NCBI RefSeq assembly: GCF_000143415.4
Contig: NW_003314265.1
Coordinates: 135,199 to 199,198 of the forward strand
DNA from: Selaginella moellendorffii
Lineage: Eukaryota; Plantae; Lycopodiophyta
Length of the DNA stretch: 64,000 nt
Direction of reading: 5' to 3'
The notes beneath the pieces were generated by a model. The model was not told the DNA's origin. It was given only the letters and a program-made list of their open reading frames with translations, and searched no databases. Of this stretch, positions 50,880 to 62,829 are shown piece after piece. The position numbers and the translations under genes were made by a program. Position 1 is the first letter of the stretch; each line of letters starts with the position of its first letter.

Positions 50880-52821
50880 ATGGCGCCGAAAGGGAGATCG
50901 GCCGCTTCATCCACGCCAAGCGCAGCAGCAGAATCAGAAGCATCGGAGCCAATAGCGCCGGCTGGAGAAATAGCAGCCGTGGCAAGAGGGGGGGAAGAAA
51001 GGAGAAAAATGGCGACTTCCAAGGAAGCCGGGGGATCGCGGCAAGTACCAGCAGGCCGTGGAAGCTCTTCTTCGGTGCCGGGAAAAAGTGGGGCGTCAGC
51101 TCCATCATCTGGCCGAGCGGTAGGCGCGGCAATGACCGGCAAAGTGGAAAAATCACCTTCTCTGGGAGGGGGAATGGCAGCGGCAACGACCGCAGGGGAA
51201 AAATCGACTTCTTTGCGGCGTCAAGGAACAGCCTCGTCTTCTCCACGAGCGGGAATGGAAGTGGCAGTGCCTGGAAGGGAAAAGGCGTCTTCTTTGCGGG
51301 GTCAAGCAGCTCCGTCTTCTCCAGGAGCGGGAATGGTGTCCAGAGGGGAAAATCCGTCTTCTTTGGAGGATCAAGGAGGAGTTTCATCTTCACCAGGATC
51401 GTCACCAGCAACGGCAGAAGCAACAGGAGCAGCACAAGAACAGGGGCGTGGAAAAGGAGTAGCAGCAGAACAGGGCCATGGAAAATCGTCTTCTTTGGGG
51501 GATCAAGGAGGAGTTTCATCTTCACCAGGATCGTCACCAGCAACGGCAAAAGCAACAGGAGCAGCACAAGAACAGGGGCGTGGAAAAGGAGTAGCAGCAG
51601 AACAGGGCCATGGAAAATCGTCTTCTGTGCCGGCATCATCTCCTTCGTCTGGCTATGGTCGACAGGCAGAATCGTCAAGGGCTGGAGTGGGAGGAGGTAG
51701 AGCTTCTTCATCTGGACGATATGGAGAATCATCAAGGGCTGGAGCAGGACGAGGGAGAGCTTCTTCGTCTGGCAGACATGGTGTTGGAGGGCAAGGTCGG
51801 GGAAAGCTATTGTATGTCCGCCCGTTAGGATGGTCAGAAGAAGCAGTTCCTCAACACGCTCGCTGCTGTGTCGGAAGAATCTTGACTATGAGAAGTGAGG
51901 TGGACCTTAAGAGCCTTCAATCCAAAGACTCCCGACTCTCTTGGATCAACTCTAGTGGTATGTTTTGGTTTGGTTTGGCTTTTATGATATTTACATTTGT
52001 TAATTAAAGGGATTTGTGCCTTATTTGCAAAAGGATACGCTGTTACAGTTCGACATTGTGTTACCGATGAGGATACCGATGAGGATCACAACACTGAGGG
52101 GGGGCAACAAGTTTCAAACGAAAGGGTCGAAAAAGCAGTTTCAAACAATGAAGAAGAGGTTTGGGTTGCTTATTTCCCTTGTTATAATTCGGCTGGGAAA
52201 CCACGTGCTAGAGCTTTTAGATTTCACGTTGTTAAAGAAGATGCAGATTTAGATGTGGCCATCTTATACCTTGAAGGTTGCAACAACACAGTTTACATGC
52301 AGCCAATCACAAATCTCATGCAAGACCAATTACTTGGCAAGAAGGTAAGGAAAAAAGCTATTTGGTAGAATTGATCTCTTTACTAACCTCCAGTTTACAA
52401 GGTTCACATCGCATCGTTCCTCCACCTTGTTGACTTGTCGTTCCAGCAGAATGGCGAAGATGCACTGCTCATCACAATTCCTCCGTTTATTTCATCGTTC
52501 GTTATCGCCAGTCCAAGCGCAGGATTTACTTTCCTCGGAGATTATTTTTGCCAGGCTAACGCATCCGGAGCGCCGATTTTCTTTTGCGATGGGATGGACT
52601 GCTGGTTGGTAGGTGTCCACACAGATAACTTTTATGGAAATATTGCAGAGAGATTGAAGCCCGAATTCCTGGACGTACCAGACAATCTACAAGATAGAAC
52701 ATCAAAATGCCAGCTTCTGTATCCTTGGATAGTGGATAAGGTGAAGTGTTCCAGAGAGCTTGGAGTCTTTGCTCCAATAAAACGAGTGATCGCAAAGACA
52801 GGATTTCGTCTGCTCCAATAA
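50880..52821 (+). CDS. Trypsin-like serine protease with a long Gly/Ser/Ala-rich N-terminus; introns ~51958-52009 and 52345-52401
   Basis: His motif YAVTVRHCV, Asp motif DADLDVAILYL, Ser motif NASGAPIF...LVGVH. No signal peptide seen; telo-box at 50832. Confidence 0.72.
51348..51625 (+). repeat. In-frame 132-bp (44 aa) tandem repeat in the protease N-terminus
   Basis: SSL(E/G)DQGGVSSSPGSSPATA(E/K)ATGAAQEQGRGKGVAAEQGHGK occurs twice. Confidence 0.92.
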
Positions 52822-53367
52822 AACGAGTGATCGCAAAGACAGGATTTCGCCTTTGACTTGTAACATCTTTGATATCAAATCATCTCCATTTTGAAGGAAG
52901 AAGTGAACATTTAGCTTAGATGAAGTGACGTGCCTTGTCGTGGTTGCTTGACGTGCTCCTTCATCTGGGAGAAGAACTCGAGCTCACCATCGCCCGGTTC
53001 AGCTTTGTTTGGTTTTTTGCGAAATTGATAACCGCCTGTGCCAGAAAGTTGCTGGATATCATCGTCTGAAAAATGAAAAGCCTCTTACCTCGATTCAGCC
53101 ATCATGGACGCCGCCTTCTCACGGCAGCCGTGACAGTGTAGTATGCCCATATCTATCAAGAAACCATCAAACAAATCACAGAAACGCTATCCACACCTTT
53201 CTTCGATTTGCAACAATCTCAAGAGTTGCTTCAGCATCTACGTAGAAAGCTTTGGCTTCACCTCTAAATGGCATTTTCGACGAAAACACAAGACTCAGTG
53301 ATCCAAAAAGAAGAAGATAGAACCTGAAGTGTTCCGAAACTAAGATCCCAATGTATGTTTTATGTTT

Positions 53368-54877
53368 TCAATATCGAATGCTTTTTCCAACTTCGAAGAA
53401 GTGAGCTACGTTCTCCTCGGGCGTCCCAACCAACACTCCATGGCCAAGGTTTAGAATGTGCTTTCCTCGGCCAGCCCTGGCCACGGTGTCGATAACTCTT
53501 TGCCGGATAAAATCCTTGGAGCCAAACAAGGCGCCGGGGTCTATGTTGCCTTGCACCGCTACGTCCCTGCCTAATCTTTGCCTCGCCTCGGCCATGTCCA
53601 CTGTCCAGTCCACGCTCACGATGTCCACTCCGGACGACCCCAGCCTCTCGAGGAGGCCGCCGCTGCCGCTGGCGTAGAGGATCAATGGTAGCGACGGGTG
53701 AGTTTTCTTCACCTCGGACACTATCTGCTTGAGATATGGCAGGCTGAATTGCTCGAAATCGATCGGGCTTAGGTGCGTGGCCCACGAGTCGAAGATTTGG
53801 ACGGTTTGAGCTCCCTTGTCTGCCTGGTAACGCACGTAGATGATTATGGACTCGGCCAGTTTCTTGAGCAAAGCGTGTAAAATCTACAAAATGGAGAGTG
53901 AGTGGTAGAAGCAAACTTATCTTGGAGCTGTACACTACCTCAGGGCTGCCAAAGGCTAGTCTTTTTATCTTCGCGAAATGCTTGGATGAGCCTCCTTCTA
54001 TGATATACGAGGCTAGTGTGAATGGTGCGCCAACAAAGCCCAGCACAGCAGCCTCATTGCCCACCTAAAGAGTTATCGATCAAAAAACCAAAAAGATCGA
54101 AGAAGGAAACCTTACTTCAGCTCTGAGAGAGGATAGAGCTTGTCCAACGTAAGGGACGGCCTCCTCGGGACAGAGCTCCGTAACTTCGTCTACATCGGCC
54201 ATGGATGTGATCGGTTTGTGTATAACGGGTCCCTTCCCGGCTAGGATATCAAATGGAATGTTCATTCCCGTCAAGGGTGTCAAGATGTCCGAGAACAAAA
54301 TCACCTGTGAGAAAGAAAGAAAGAGGTAAGCTCGTCAGTCTGCATGAGCTTGTAATCTCAAAGCAGCTGAGAAGAAAAGAAATACCAAATTGAAAACCTT
54401 ACACCATCTGGCCTAAAAGCCTTCCATGGCTGGAGCGAGATCTCAATGGCAAGCTCCGCATTCTCTGATCGCTCTCTAAAAGAAGGATATTTGGCACAGA
54501 GGTCTTGATAAGACTGCATACACAAGAAAGAAATTCATCCACATATCATGAAGCTTCTCTCCAAACACATACCTTCATGTACCTCCCGGCTTGCCGCATC
54601 ATCCACACGGGAGGCCTCTCGACGCTGTCGCCGCGCACTGCTCGTAGCAACAAAGGATCTGCGCCTGCCCGGAGCTCCTGCTGTGAATCTAAGCTCGAAA
54701 TCCAGCTCAAATTTCAGCAAGAGGTCGCATCCGCCGCATGGGAGCTCGCTTACCCGTCGCTGTAGCCGCATCCGCCACGACGGAGCACTGGATCCTCGAT
54801 GGGCGCGAGGAATTCCATTGAACAGCGGCCGCGCCGGGCCTGCATTGCCCGACCAAGCATCCAGACGTCGTCGCCAT
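53368..54877 (-). CDS. hemE: Uroporphyrinogen decarboxylase, plastid (HEME/UROD)
   Basis: [59 protein letters not shown]. Confidence 0.96.
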
Positions 54878-55354
54878 GCCCTAGCTCCAATCCAATCCAA
54901 TAATCCCGAATATACCCCACTCAATCCAATAGTGCCACGTGGAAGGGTAAAGAATGTCCGATTGTAACGATTAATTTGATCGGAGCCCTAGGTCAAGGTT
55001 CCACAATGCGTACGGCTCCTTGTCCAGCCCGTCGGATGTCTAGAATGTGACACGATCTCCGCCGTCCGCGCTTCCCATGGTTTGTTCTCTTGCTCGTGAA
55101 GAAGGGTTCGCCTAGCGCGCTCTCGGCGATGGACCCATCGTGGAGCGGCAGTGCGCGAGGAGCCGAGTCGCCGGCTCTGCGGTGAGTGGAATTTCTTTGC
55201 TTTTGCTCCTTTTCCCGGCGATTATCAGCATCTAGGTCTTAGATTTCAGTGCTTCGGTTCCAGGGAATTTGGTGATCTCGGTTTTCTCCTAAGCATTCTA
55301 GCCTAAATGGTTTTCGGGAAGCAGAATAAGATGAAAGGTAAAAGAATGTAACCG

Positions 55355-58208
55355 ATGAACGTTTTCTGGGCTCTCCAGTTTTTTGTGCTGACGCTGTCAT
55401 TCATTGCTGATCGCGCAGGGGCCGCAGCTACTTACGTCCACGCTGGGAATGTCATCGTCGCCAAGGACCCAGTGCTTGAGTTCTTCCAGGCTCCCAAGCG
55501 AAAGTCGTCCGTGGTTCCCGAGTTTGAAAACGATGGTGATCTCATGCCGGTGACGGTGGAGCCGAGCCAGATGGGGCTCCACAACCAGGAAAGCATAGAA
55601 GTTTCAGGGAGCCGCAGCGACTTTTGCGAGAGCAGCACGTCCGGAAGAGGTGAAAAGAATTTGTCGAACGGGGATTTCTACGCCGGCTCTTTCGAAGGTG
55701 GGATTCCGGAGGGTGACGGCAAGTACTTGTGGTCGGATGGGTGTATGTACGAGGGGCAGTGGGGGAAGGGGAAGAAAACAGGGAGAGGGAAGATCTCTTG
55801 GCCGTCAGGGGCGACTTACGAGGGAGATTTCATGTGTGGTTACATGCATGGATCAGGAACTTTTACTGGGACCGATGGCACCACGTACAAAGGCAGCTGG
55901 AAGATGAACTTGAAGAATGGACTGGGACGGAAGCGTTATGCAAACGGTGATGTCTACGAGGGGTCTTGGAAGGATGGAGCTCAAGAAGGTCCCGGTCGGT
56001 ATGTTTGGGCGAATGGAAACGAGTATATGGGAGACTGGAAAGGAGGTTTGATGTGCGGCAGGGGAGTTCTTACTTGGGCTTCTGGTGATTGTTACGACGG
56101 GCAGTGGCTGGATGGGCTGGAAAACGGGCACGGTGTGTATACTTGGTCGGATGGAACAGTCTACAATGGTAACTGGAGTAAAGGGCTGAAGGATGGCAAA
56201 GGAGTCTACTATCCGCCCGGCAGCTTTAGTGTAGATACTGCAGGTTTTGATAGGAATGCGACGGTAGGAAAACAGTTAGCGGGACCACGTAGGAATCGAG
56301 CTCCTTCTCTTGATTTCGATCAAGCAATCCGGCAACAGCATGATTTTGGTCCGATGAAGTCTTATTCGGCTGAGCAGACTACACTAGAGAAGGCATTACA
56401 GGCAGATTCTGCGGAGAGAATTTTTGATAGTGACGAGTACCACGGTGCAGATCCAGTGGTGGAAAGAGAGTACGTTCAGGGAGTACTGATCAATGAAATC
56501 GTCAAGAAGGTACCAGCTAATGTTGCGAGCACACCGAAAAGTACGAAGCGGCGTTATAAGAAGCATGTGAAAGAGATTAAAAGGCCAGGAGAAACAATTA
56601 TCAAAGGACACAGGAGCTATGATCTTATGCTGAATTTGCAGCTGGGAATAAGGTACCATCTATCCTGAGGTTTCAGAGTTTTAATCGTGTTTGTACGTCG
56701 TGTTCAGGTATACTGTGGGAAAGATAACACCTGAGCCAAAGCATGATATTGAACCTTCAAACTTTGGGAGGAAAGCCAGATTCAGGATGAACTTTCCTCG
56801 TGCAGGGTCTCAACTTACGCCTTCGCACCAGTCAGTGGACTTCAAATGGAAAGATTATTGCCCGATGGTCTTCAGGTCCTACTTTTCCTTAGCTCTTCCG
56901 ATTTCCCATTTGGCATTTCATCTTTTGACGCTCTGTACAGTTTTTTTTGTTGCATGTCAGGCACCTTAGAGAGCTTTTCAAAATCGATGCTGCTGATTAT
57001 ATGCTCTCTCTTTGTGGAAACGATGCTCTTCGAGAACTTTCTTCTCCGGGCAAGAGTGGCAGCGTCTTCTATCTATCGCACGACGATCGATTCATAATCA
57101 AGACCATGCGCAAATCGGAAGTCGAGGTACGCAATATTGGACTTTCTGTTTCGTGGATGCTCAGCTTCTGTTCAGGTCCTACTTGATATGCTTGCTTCTT
57201 ATTATGATCATGTACTTGTACACGAGAACACCTTGATTACAAAGTTTTTTGGCCTTCATCGTATCAAGCCTCAGGGGGGGCGAAAGGTTTGAGTTACTCG
57301 GTCCTTAAATGCGATTACAGTCTAACATGTGCTTTTACAGGTTCGTTTTGTAGTAATGGGAAACATGTTCTGCACAGACCTTCGTATACACCGGAGGTTC
57401 GATTTGAAGGGGTCGTCACTGGGGCGGTCGACGGAAAATGTCGACATTGATGAAAACACGACGTTGAAAGACTTGGACTTGGACTTCGTGTTTCATCTAG
57501 AGCCTACTTGGCGCGATACATTCATGAGGTACATGATTTACCATTGATGTCTGGCTTCTAATCATCTTATAACCAGGCAAATCGAGCTGGATGCAAAGTT
57601 TCTGGAATCCCAGAGGATTATGGATTATAGTCTTCTTCTGGGCGTTCACTTCCGAGCACCCCAGTATCCAGCTGTTTTCTCACCGGTGACCTTCCCCAAG
57701 AAAATCAACAAGTCCGACATTGGTACGTCATATCAAGTTTGCTCGCCTTCTCTTGTTCTTTACTTTTCTTTCCGTTTCTGTAGAGGAGGATTGGCCATCC
57801 AAGAACCTTGTTCTAGTAGCTCACGGAGCTAGTCCAACGGGAGAATCAGGGGCAACAACCCCGGGATCTCACGTCCGGGGCAGTCCGTTAAAACCCGCTG
57901 GAAACGAAGAGGTTGATTTACTTCTTCCCGGCACTGCAAGGCTACGAATCCAGCTTGGCGTGAACATGCCCGCTAGAGCTGACCGAGAGGCACCACACGA
58001 CGGTGGTCAAGAGGAGTCTTTTGGAGAAGTCTATGACGTGGTGCTGTACTTTGGAGTTATTGACATCTTGCAGCGCTACGACATCACCAAGTGGGTGGAG
58101 CACACGTACAAATCGTTGCAGTTCGACGCAGTCTCCATCTCCGCAGTCGATCCAAAAGTGTACGCAAAGAGGTTTCAGGATTTCATCGAGAAAGTTTTCC
58201 CGAGGTGA
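55355..58208 (+). CDS. Phosphatidylinositol 4-phosphate 5-kinase with MORN repeats (subfamily B, PIP5K7-9-like); start uncertain
   Basis: About 8 MORN repeats (YEGxW..G...G.G), [49 protein letters not shown]. Confidence 0.95.
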
Positions 58209-58417
58209 TGTAAGTCGGCATTAGCAACTGTGAAATGCATACTGCTTTTTTTTTTGTGCTGTTTTGGTTTTTGCCTTTTCGCTTTTTTTTCCGTTCGTTC
58301 TCTTGGTTTTAGTTTTTCGGGAGTGGCCACGTGGACAAAGGTGCATGCATGCACAGGTTTGCTTCATGTTTTATTTCCGTGTGCTCTTCTAACCCCTTGT
58401 GTTGGCAGGAGCCGAAC

Positions 58418-59727
58418 ATGGAGACTGGAGTTTGGCTACCAGGAACGTCGCTGCTGGCTCCTAGAGCAAGCGTGAGATGTTCCGGCAGTGTGGCCTTCGT
58501 TGCGGCCAGGTTTGTTGTGCAGACTTCTCATGAATCGATTCGTGAAACTCTTGGTGGCTGGTGCAGGGAAGTGGACGTGTCCGGCTTGCCGAGAACGATA
58601 GAGTCTGCTAGCAGGAAGTGCTACGTCGCTCCCGAAAAAGTACAAGTGTTCAAGAGTTTAGAGGGATGGGCCGAGGAGAAGATGTTGCCGCTGCTCAAGC
58701 CTGTCAACAAATGCTGGCAGCCTCAGGACTTCTTGCCGGATTCATCCTCAGACAGCTTCATGGACGAAGTGGTTGATCTCAGGCAGCGGACGAAAGAGCT
58801 TCCGCGTGACTACCTGGTTTGTCTGGTCGGGGATATGATCACGGAAGAAGCTCTCCCGACGTACCAGACGGTTCTCAACACCTTTGAAGGCGTGAGAGAT
58901 GAAACAGGGGGGAGTGCGTCTCCTTGGGCGACATGGATACGAGCTTGGACGGCAGAGGAGAACAGGCATGGTGATCTTCTTAACAAGTACTTGTATCTAA
59001 CAGGCAGAGTCAACATGAGAGCCATCGAGAAGACGATCCAAAATCTCATCGGTGCCGGCATGGTAAGATCAAATCTCAAGTTTTGGAGCTGTTTTTTTCT
59101 CATCCGGTTGTGTTCTTCATCTTCCTCTTCCAGGCGACTCATATAGACAATGATCCATACAACGGCTTCATCTACACGTCGTTCCAAGAGCGCGCGACTT
59201 TCGTATCACACGGCAACACTGCCAGATTTGCCAAGGAGTATGGCGACTCGCAGCTGGCTACTATCTGCGGGATCATCGCCTCGGACGAGAAGCGACACGA
59301 GATCGCATACACCAGAGTGGTGGAGAAGCTGTTCGAGCTGGATCCAAACGGCACCATGCTGGCGTTGGCAAACATGATGCAGAAGAAGATCACCATGCCG
59401 GCTCACCTGATGCATGACGGCGAGAACGAGAACTTGTTCGAGGACTACAAGTTCGTGGCGCAGAAGTGCAAAGTCTACACGGCGTACGACTACTCCAACA
59501 TCATGGAGCATCTCATCGAAGCCTGGAAGGTGGGAAGCTTGGGTGGATTGAGAGGCGAGGCACAGCGAGCACAGGACTACGTATGCAATCTTCCCGCGCG
59601 GTTCCAGAGGCTAGCGGAGAGATCGGAGGAGAGATTTGGGAAACTGGGAACGCATGCTCTTCACAAGAACCGGGAGTTCAGTTGGATTTTTCAAGGACGA
59701 GACCTCGCTTTAGAGAGTAAAGTTTGA
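58418..59727 (+). CDS. Plastid acyl-ACP desaturase (SAD/FAB2 family); one intron 59063-59133
   Basis: Di-iron motifs [28 protein letters not shown] and DEKRHE. Confidence 0.95.
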
Positions 59728-60038
59728 AGGAAGAAAGAAAAAAGTTGAAAAGGAAGAAAGAAAAAAGTTCTTCCACCTCTGCTTGTTCTGTTCTTGTGAA
59801 TAAGATTCTTTCTTTTTCTGCCATGGAAGCACTTAAAAGGACTTTGTGCTGGCAACGAATATATTATTTCCTTGGTTTGGAGTGAAGTTTCGTGCTTGCA
59901 AAAATTAACTATGGCTGCTAGAGGTAAAACATTCCAACGGTCAAAATATCATGCAATTTTAAATGCCTCCACGTGGAGAGGGACTGACCGTCAGATCCAG
60001 TGCTCTGGGAATTTAGGGCTCTAGCGGCGCCCGGGAGG

Positions 60039-60543
60039 ATGTGTTGCCGAGCCGGCGAGAGCAGCGGCATTGCCTTGCGCGCACTGAGCGGCTTGGTCGA
60101 GGAGGAGGAGATCCGCAAGCGGCGCGCTTCTTGCGCGGAATTCGATCGTCCTGTCTCGGCTGGAGTCGTGGTTCACGATAATCTCCTCTACGATGACTCC
60201 AGCGCGGTAAGTCTGCTATTCCGATGACAGCGATCGATCGATCGAAATATTTTTTCTGGTGTCTATCTTTGCGAAATATTTCCAGGATTGCAAGAGGAAG
60301 CCGGCCACAGCGCTGGAAGCCGCAGCGGTGGAGGCCAACCGAGCGGCAGCGGCAGATTCCATCACGCTGCTGTGCGAAGAAGTGAGCCGGCTTTTCACGC
60401 AGTACAATGCGGCCTTCAAGTGTGCCAGCCCTGGGGACAAGCACAGCGATCAACTAAGGTTGAGGCTCTACGGCTTGCTGAGGTGCGTTGATTCCACCAG
60501 CGATAGCAAGGTCTTGGATGGAGATATTCCTGCTCTGGGCTAG
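60039..60543 (+). CDS. Hypothetical ~140-aa protein, two exons (intron ~60207-60286)
   Basis: GC-rich, with an in-frame GT-AG splice joining ...YDDSSA|DCKRKP...; no recognisable domain. Confidence 0.45.
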
Positions 60544-61911
60544 GATGGTTTTCTCGTCTTAATCTTGCTTGGGTCTTCGTCTTTGTGAGAAAGTAACTTG
60601 GTGGGAGAGCTCTTTTCTTTGTTTAATTTTTTTCTACGTTTCGGTGAGGGATTCCAATAAGACAGGGTGTGGCATCGCAGCAGCAGCCTGAATTTTTGAG
60701 TCAGTGCACAAGAACAAAACGAGAAGGAAGAGAGAAGAGTGAGAGCAGCGGGGTGGGGATAACTGTAAATTACTGCAGCTTGCTGGGCTCTGGCTGTTTT
60801 TCTTCCTTACTATAAGCAAATGGACAATTTGCTAGTCTGCTTTTTCACTCTAGTGCGCTACTTCCAAAGGGAAGGCGGTTTGGTAATGCTTTGCTTTCCT
60901 GGGTCTCTACGACTTTGTGGGCTTTTGTATCAAAGACCATCTGATCTGACAGAAAGAAAAGGCTGCAAAGGTACGTCGGTCTTTCTTTTTATGTTTTTGT
61001 ATTGACTTGCGTTCTGTAGATGTTCCTGTTTAAGCAGGAGAGCCGAGTGAATCAGCCACTTTGTCTTTTGATATCAGTCAGGTAAGAACACGTAGTGATT
61101 CCATTTACTTGCTTCATGCATTTGGTCCTCCTCCTGCAGCGAGCTGCCCTGCCTGTAAAGTCTTTCTGCGTCACCTTGATGCTCGTGCTCATTGCCAGCC
61201 AGCAGTGGCATTCATTCTACCACTCACCGTCTACTACTACCCCGAGTATTATATAATGCATTCTTTTTACACTCTGATTTAGTTGTTAAGTTTGGGCTTT
61301 CCTGATGCTGATGCTGATGCTGATGTGCCTCATTTTGTTCTTACTTTACCAAGTCATCTTGCTGGGAATGTCAGGATCTGGTGTGTGATCTTATATTGCT
61401 TTCCGTTGGTTTTTAGAGATGATTTGAAAATAAATTTCCTGAGTAATCCGATCCGGCAGTGGTCAGAGGTAGGAGAGTGGTACTTTTCATCTCGTGAATC
61501 TTTACTTACAGAAAACAAGAAAAAGAAACCATGCCTGTTTACGAGTGCTGGTCTGCTGTCCGCCTCTGTATCCAGTGCTTTCTTCCCTTCGTCTTTTCTG
61601 TTTGCTGCGCGTTTGTTCAATTGATTCCAGGTTCAGGGCAGCTAGCTGGCGATTTCGCGGCACATAGTTGGAGATAGAGCAATTGGCAATGACTTCGTCT
61701 GCTTCTCGTTGGCTCCAAATCCTTGAGTAAGTCGAGCATTGCAATGGACATTCTCATGTTTTTGCTTGTCCAGTTTACAGGACTCTACACCAAATCTGAA
61801 ACATCTCGAGGATTGCAAAATCATATCGCATTTCCGGTGCATCACGAGTTATACAGGGGCAGTCTGATCTACGGGGCAGTGTGACGGTTCTAGAAAGGAA
61901 AGCAGCAGAGG

Positions 61912-62430
61912 ATGCCCCAACGAGCTACATGGTGTCTAGTAATTCTAGCAACATTAGTAGTAGTAGCAGGCTCCAGCGGCACTTACAGCAGTCGTAGCAA
62001 ACGCAGCAAGTTCTTCCCGGCAGCGACGCACTCCAACTTTTTGAGATCCAACTTTTACCACCACCATTACCACCAGGAGGACGAGGTGCGGTGCCACAAC
62101 AATGCGAGCGTGTGCAGCGACTTAAGCAGGAATCCAGAGGGGCCAGGCGTGTGCTGTTTCAACTGGGTGTGCAAGCAGACACAGAGCGACGGCAACAACT
62201 GCGGGGCTTGCAGCAGGGCCTGCTCCTACGGCCTCAGCTGCTGCGGGGGAGAATGCGTCGATCTCATGACCAGTTCCCGACACTGCGGAAGGTGCAACAC
62301 TTCGTGCCATCGCAATGTGGCTTGCGAATTCGGGCTGTGTGGCTATGGCGGCGGTGGCTACTTCGATCCGGAAGAAGCTCATCGTGATTCTGATGGAGCG
62401 AAGCGGTACAAATTTCCCAAGCAATGGTGA
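61912..62430 (+). CDS. STIG1-family secreted cysteine-rich protein
   Basis: Signal peptide plus CC...C.....D.NNCG.C...C.YG..CC.G.CVD......HCG.C...C.....C..GLC.Y. Confidence 0.92.
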   Translation: MPQRATWCLVILATLVVVAGSSGTYSSRSKRSKFFPAATHSNFLRSNFYHHHYHQEDEVRCHNNASVCSDLSRNPEGPGVCCFNWVCKQTQSDGNNCGACSRACSYGLSCCGGECVDLMTSSRHCGRCNTSCHRNVACEFGLCGYGGGGYFDPEEAHRDSDGAKRYKFPKQW

Positions 62431-62708
62431 AGAAGACACATGTGGATGCTGCTAATTGTGCTACCTAGGCCAGGCACATGGTATGTATATTATGTATGAT
62501 CCACATTTTTTGATCCAGGGGAAAACAATGACACGAAATGTAATACGACGCTGGCGTAAAGAAGACGCGCAGGTCTGGCAAAGTTTCTGGCCACCTGATG
62601 GACCACGAAATTTTTTGTTTTTCCCTGTGGTTGCGGGTTCGATCCCGATTTCAGGCGGATCTTTATAATAAAGCCCCAGATGACATTCTCTTCCTTCGAG
62701 TGTTAAGA

Positions 62709-62781
62709 GCCGGCCTAGCTCAGTTGGTAGAGCGCAAGGCTCTTAACCTTGTGGTCGTGGGTTCGAGCCCCACGGCCGGCG
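62709..62781 (+). tRNA. tRNA-Lys (CTT)
   Basis: 73-nt cloverleaf: acceptor GCCGGCC/GGCCGGC, D-arm GCTC/GAGC, anticodon stem CAAGG/CCTTG with loop CT-CTT-AA, T-arm GTGGG-TTCGAGC-CCCAC. Confidence 0.97.
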
Positions 62782-62784
62782 GAA

Positions 62785-62790
62785 TTTTTT
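62785..62790 (+). terminator. Pol III terminator (T6)
   Basis: tttttt starts 4 nt after the tRNA 3' end. Confidence 0.85.
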
Positions 62791-62829
62791 ATTTTGCAAG
62801 TTGCAAATGCATCCGGCCCAGATGATCTC

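Noticed and set aside
50839-51735. Long antisense and alternative-frame ORFs over the protease N-terminus
   Set aside because: A by-product of low-complexity, repeat-containing coding sequence.
55129-55181. Upstream ATG exon as the PIP5K start
   Set aside because: Splicing 55182 to the AG at 55418 puts this ATG out of frame with the kinase; more likely a 5'UTR exon or uORF.
60700-60830. GA-rich stretch resembling a miR156/529 precursor
   Set aside because: No match to a mature miRNA I recognise and only ~8 bp of convincing pairing.
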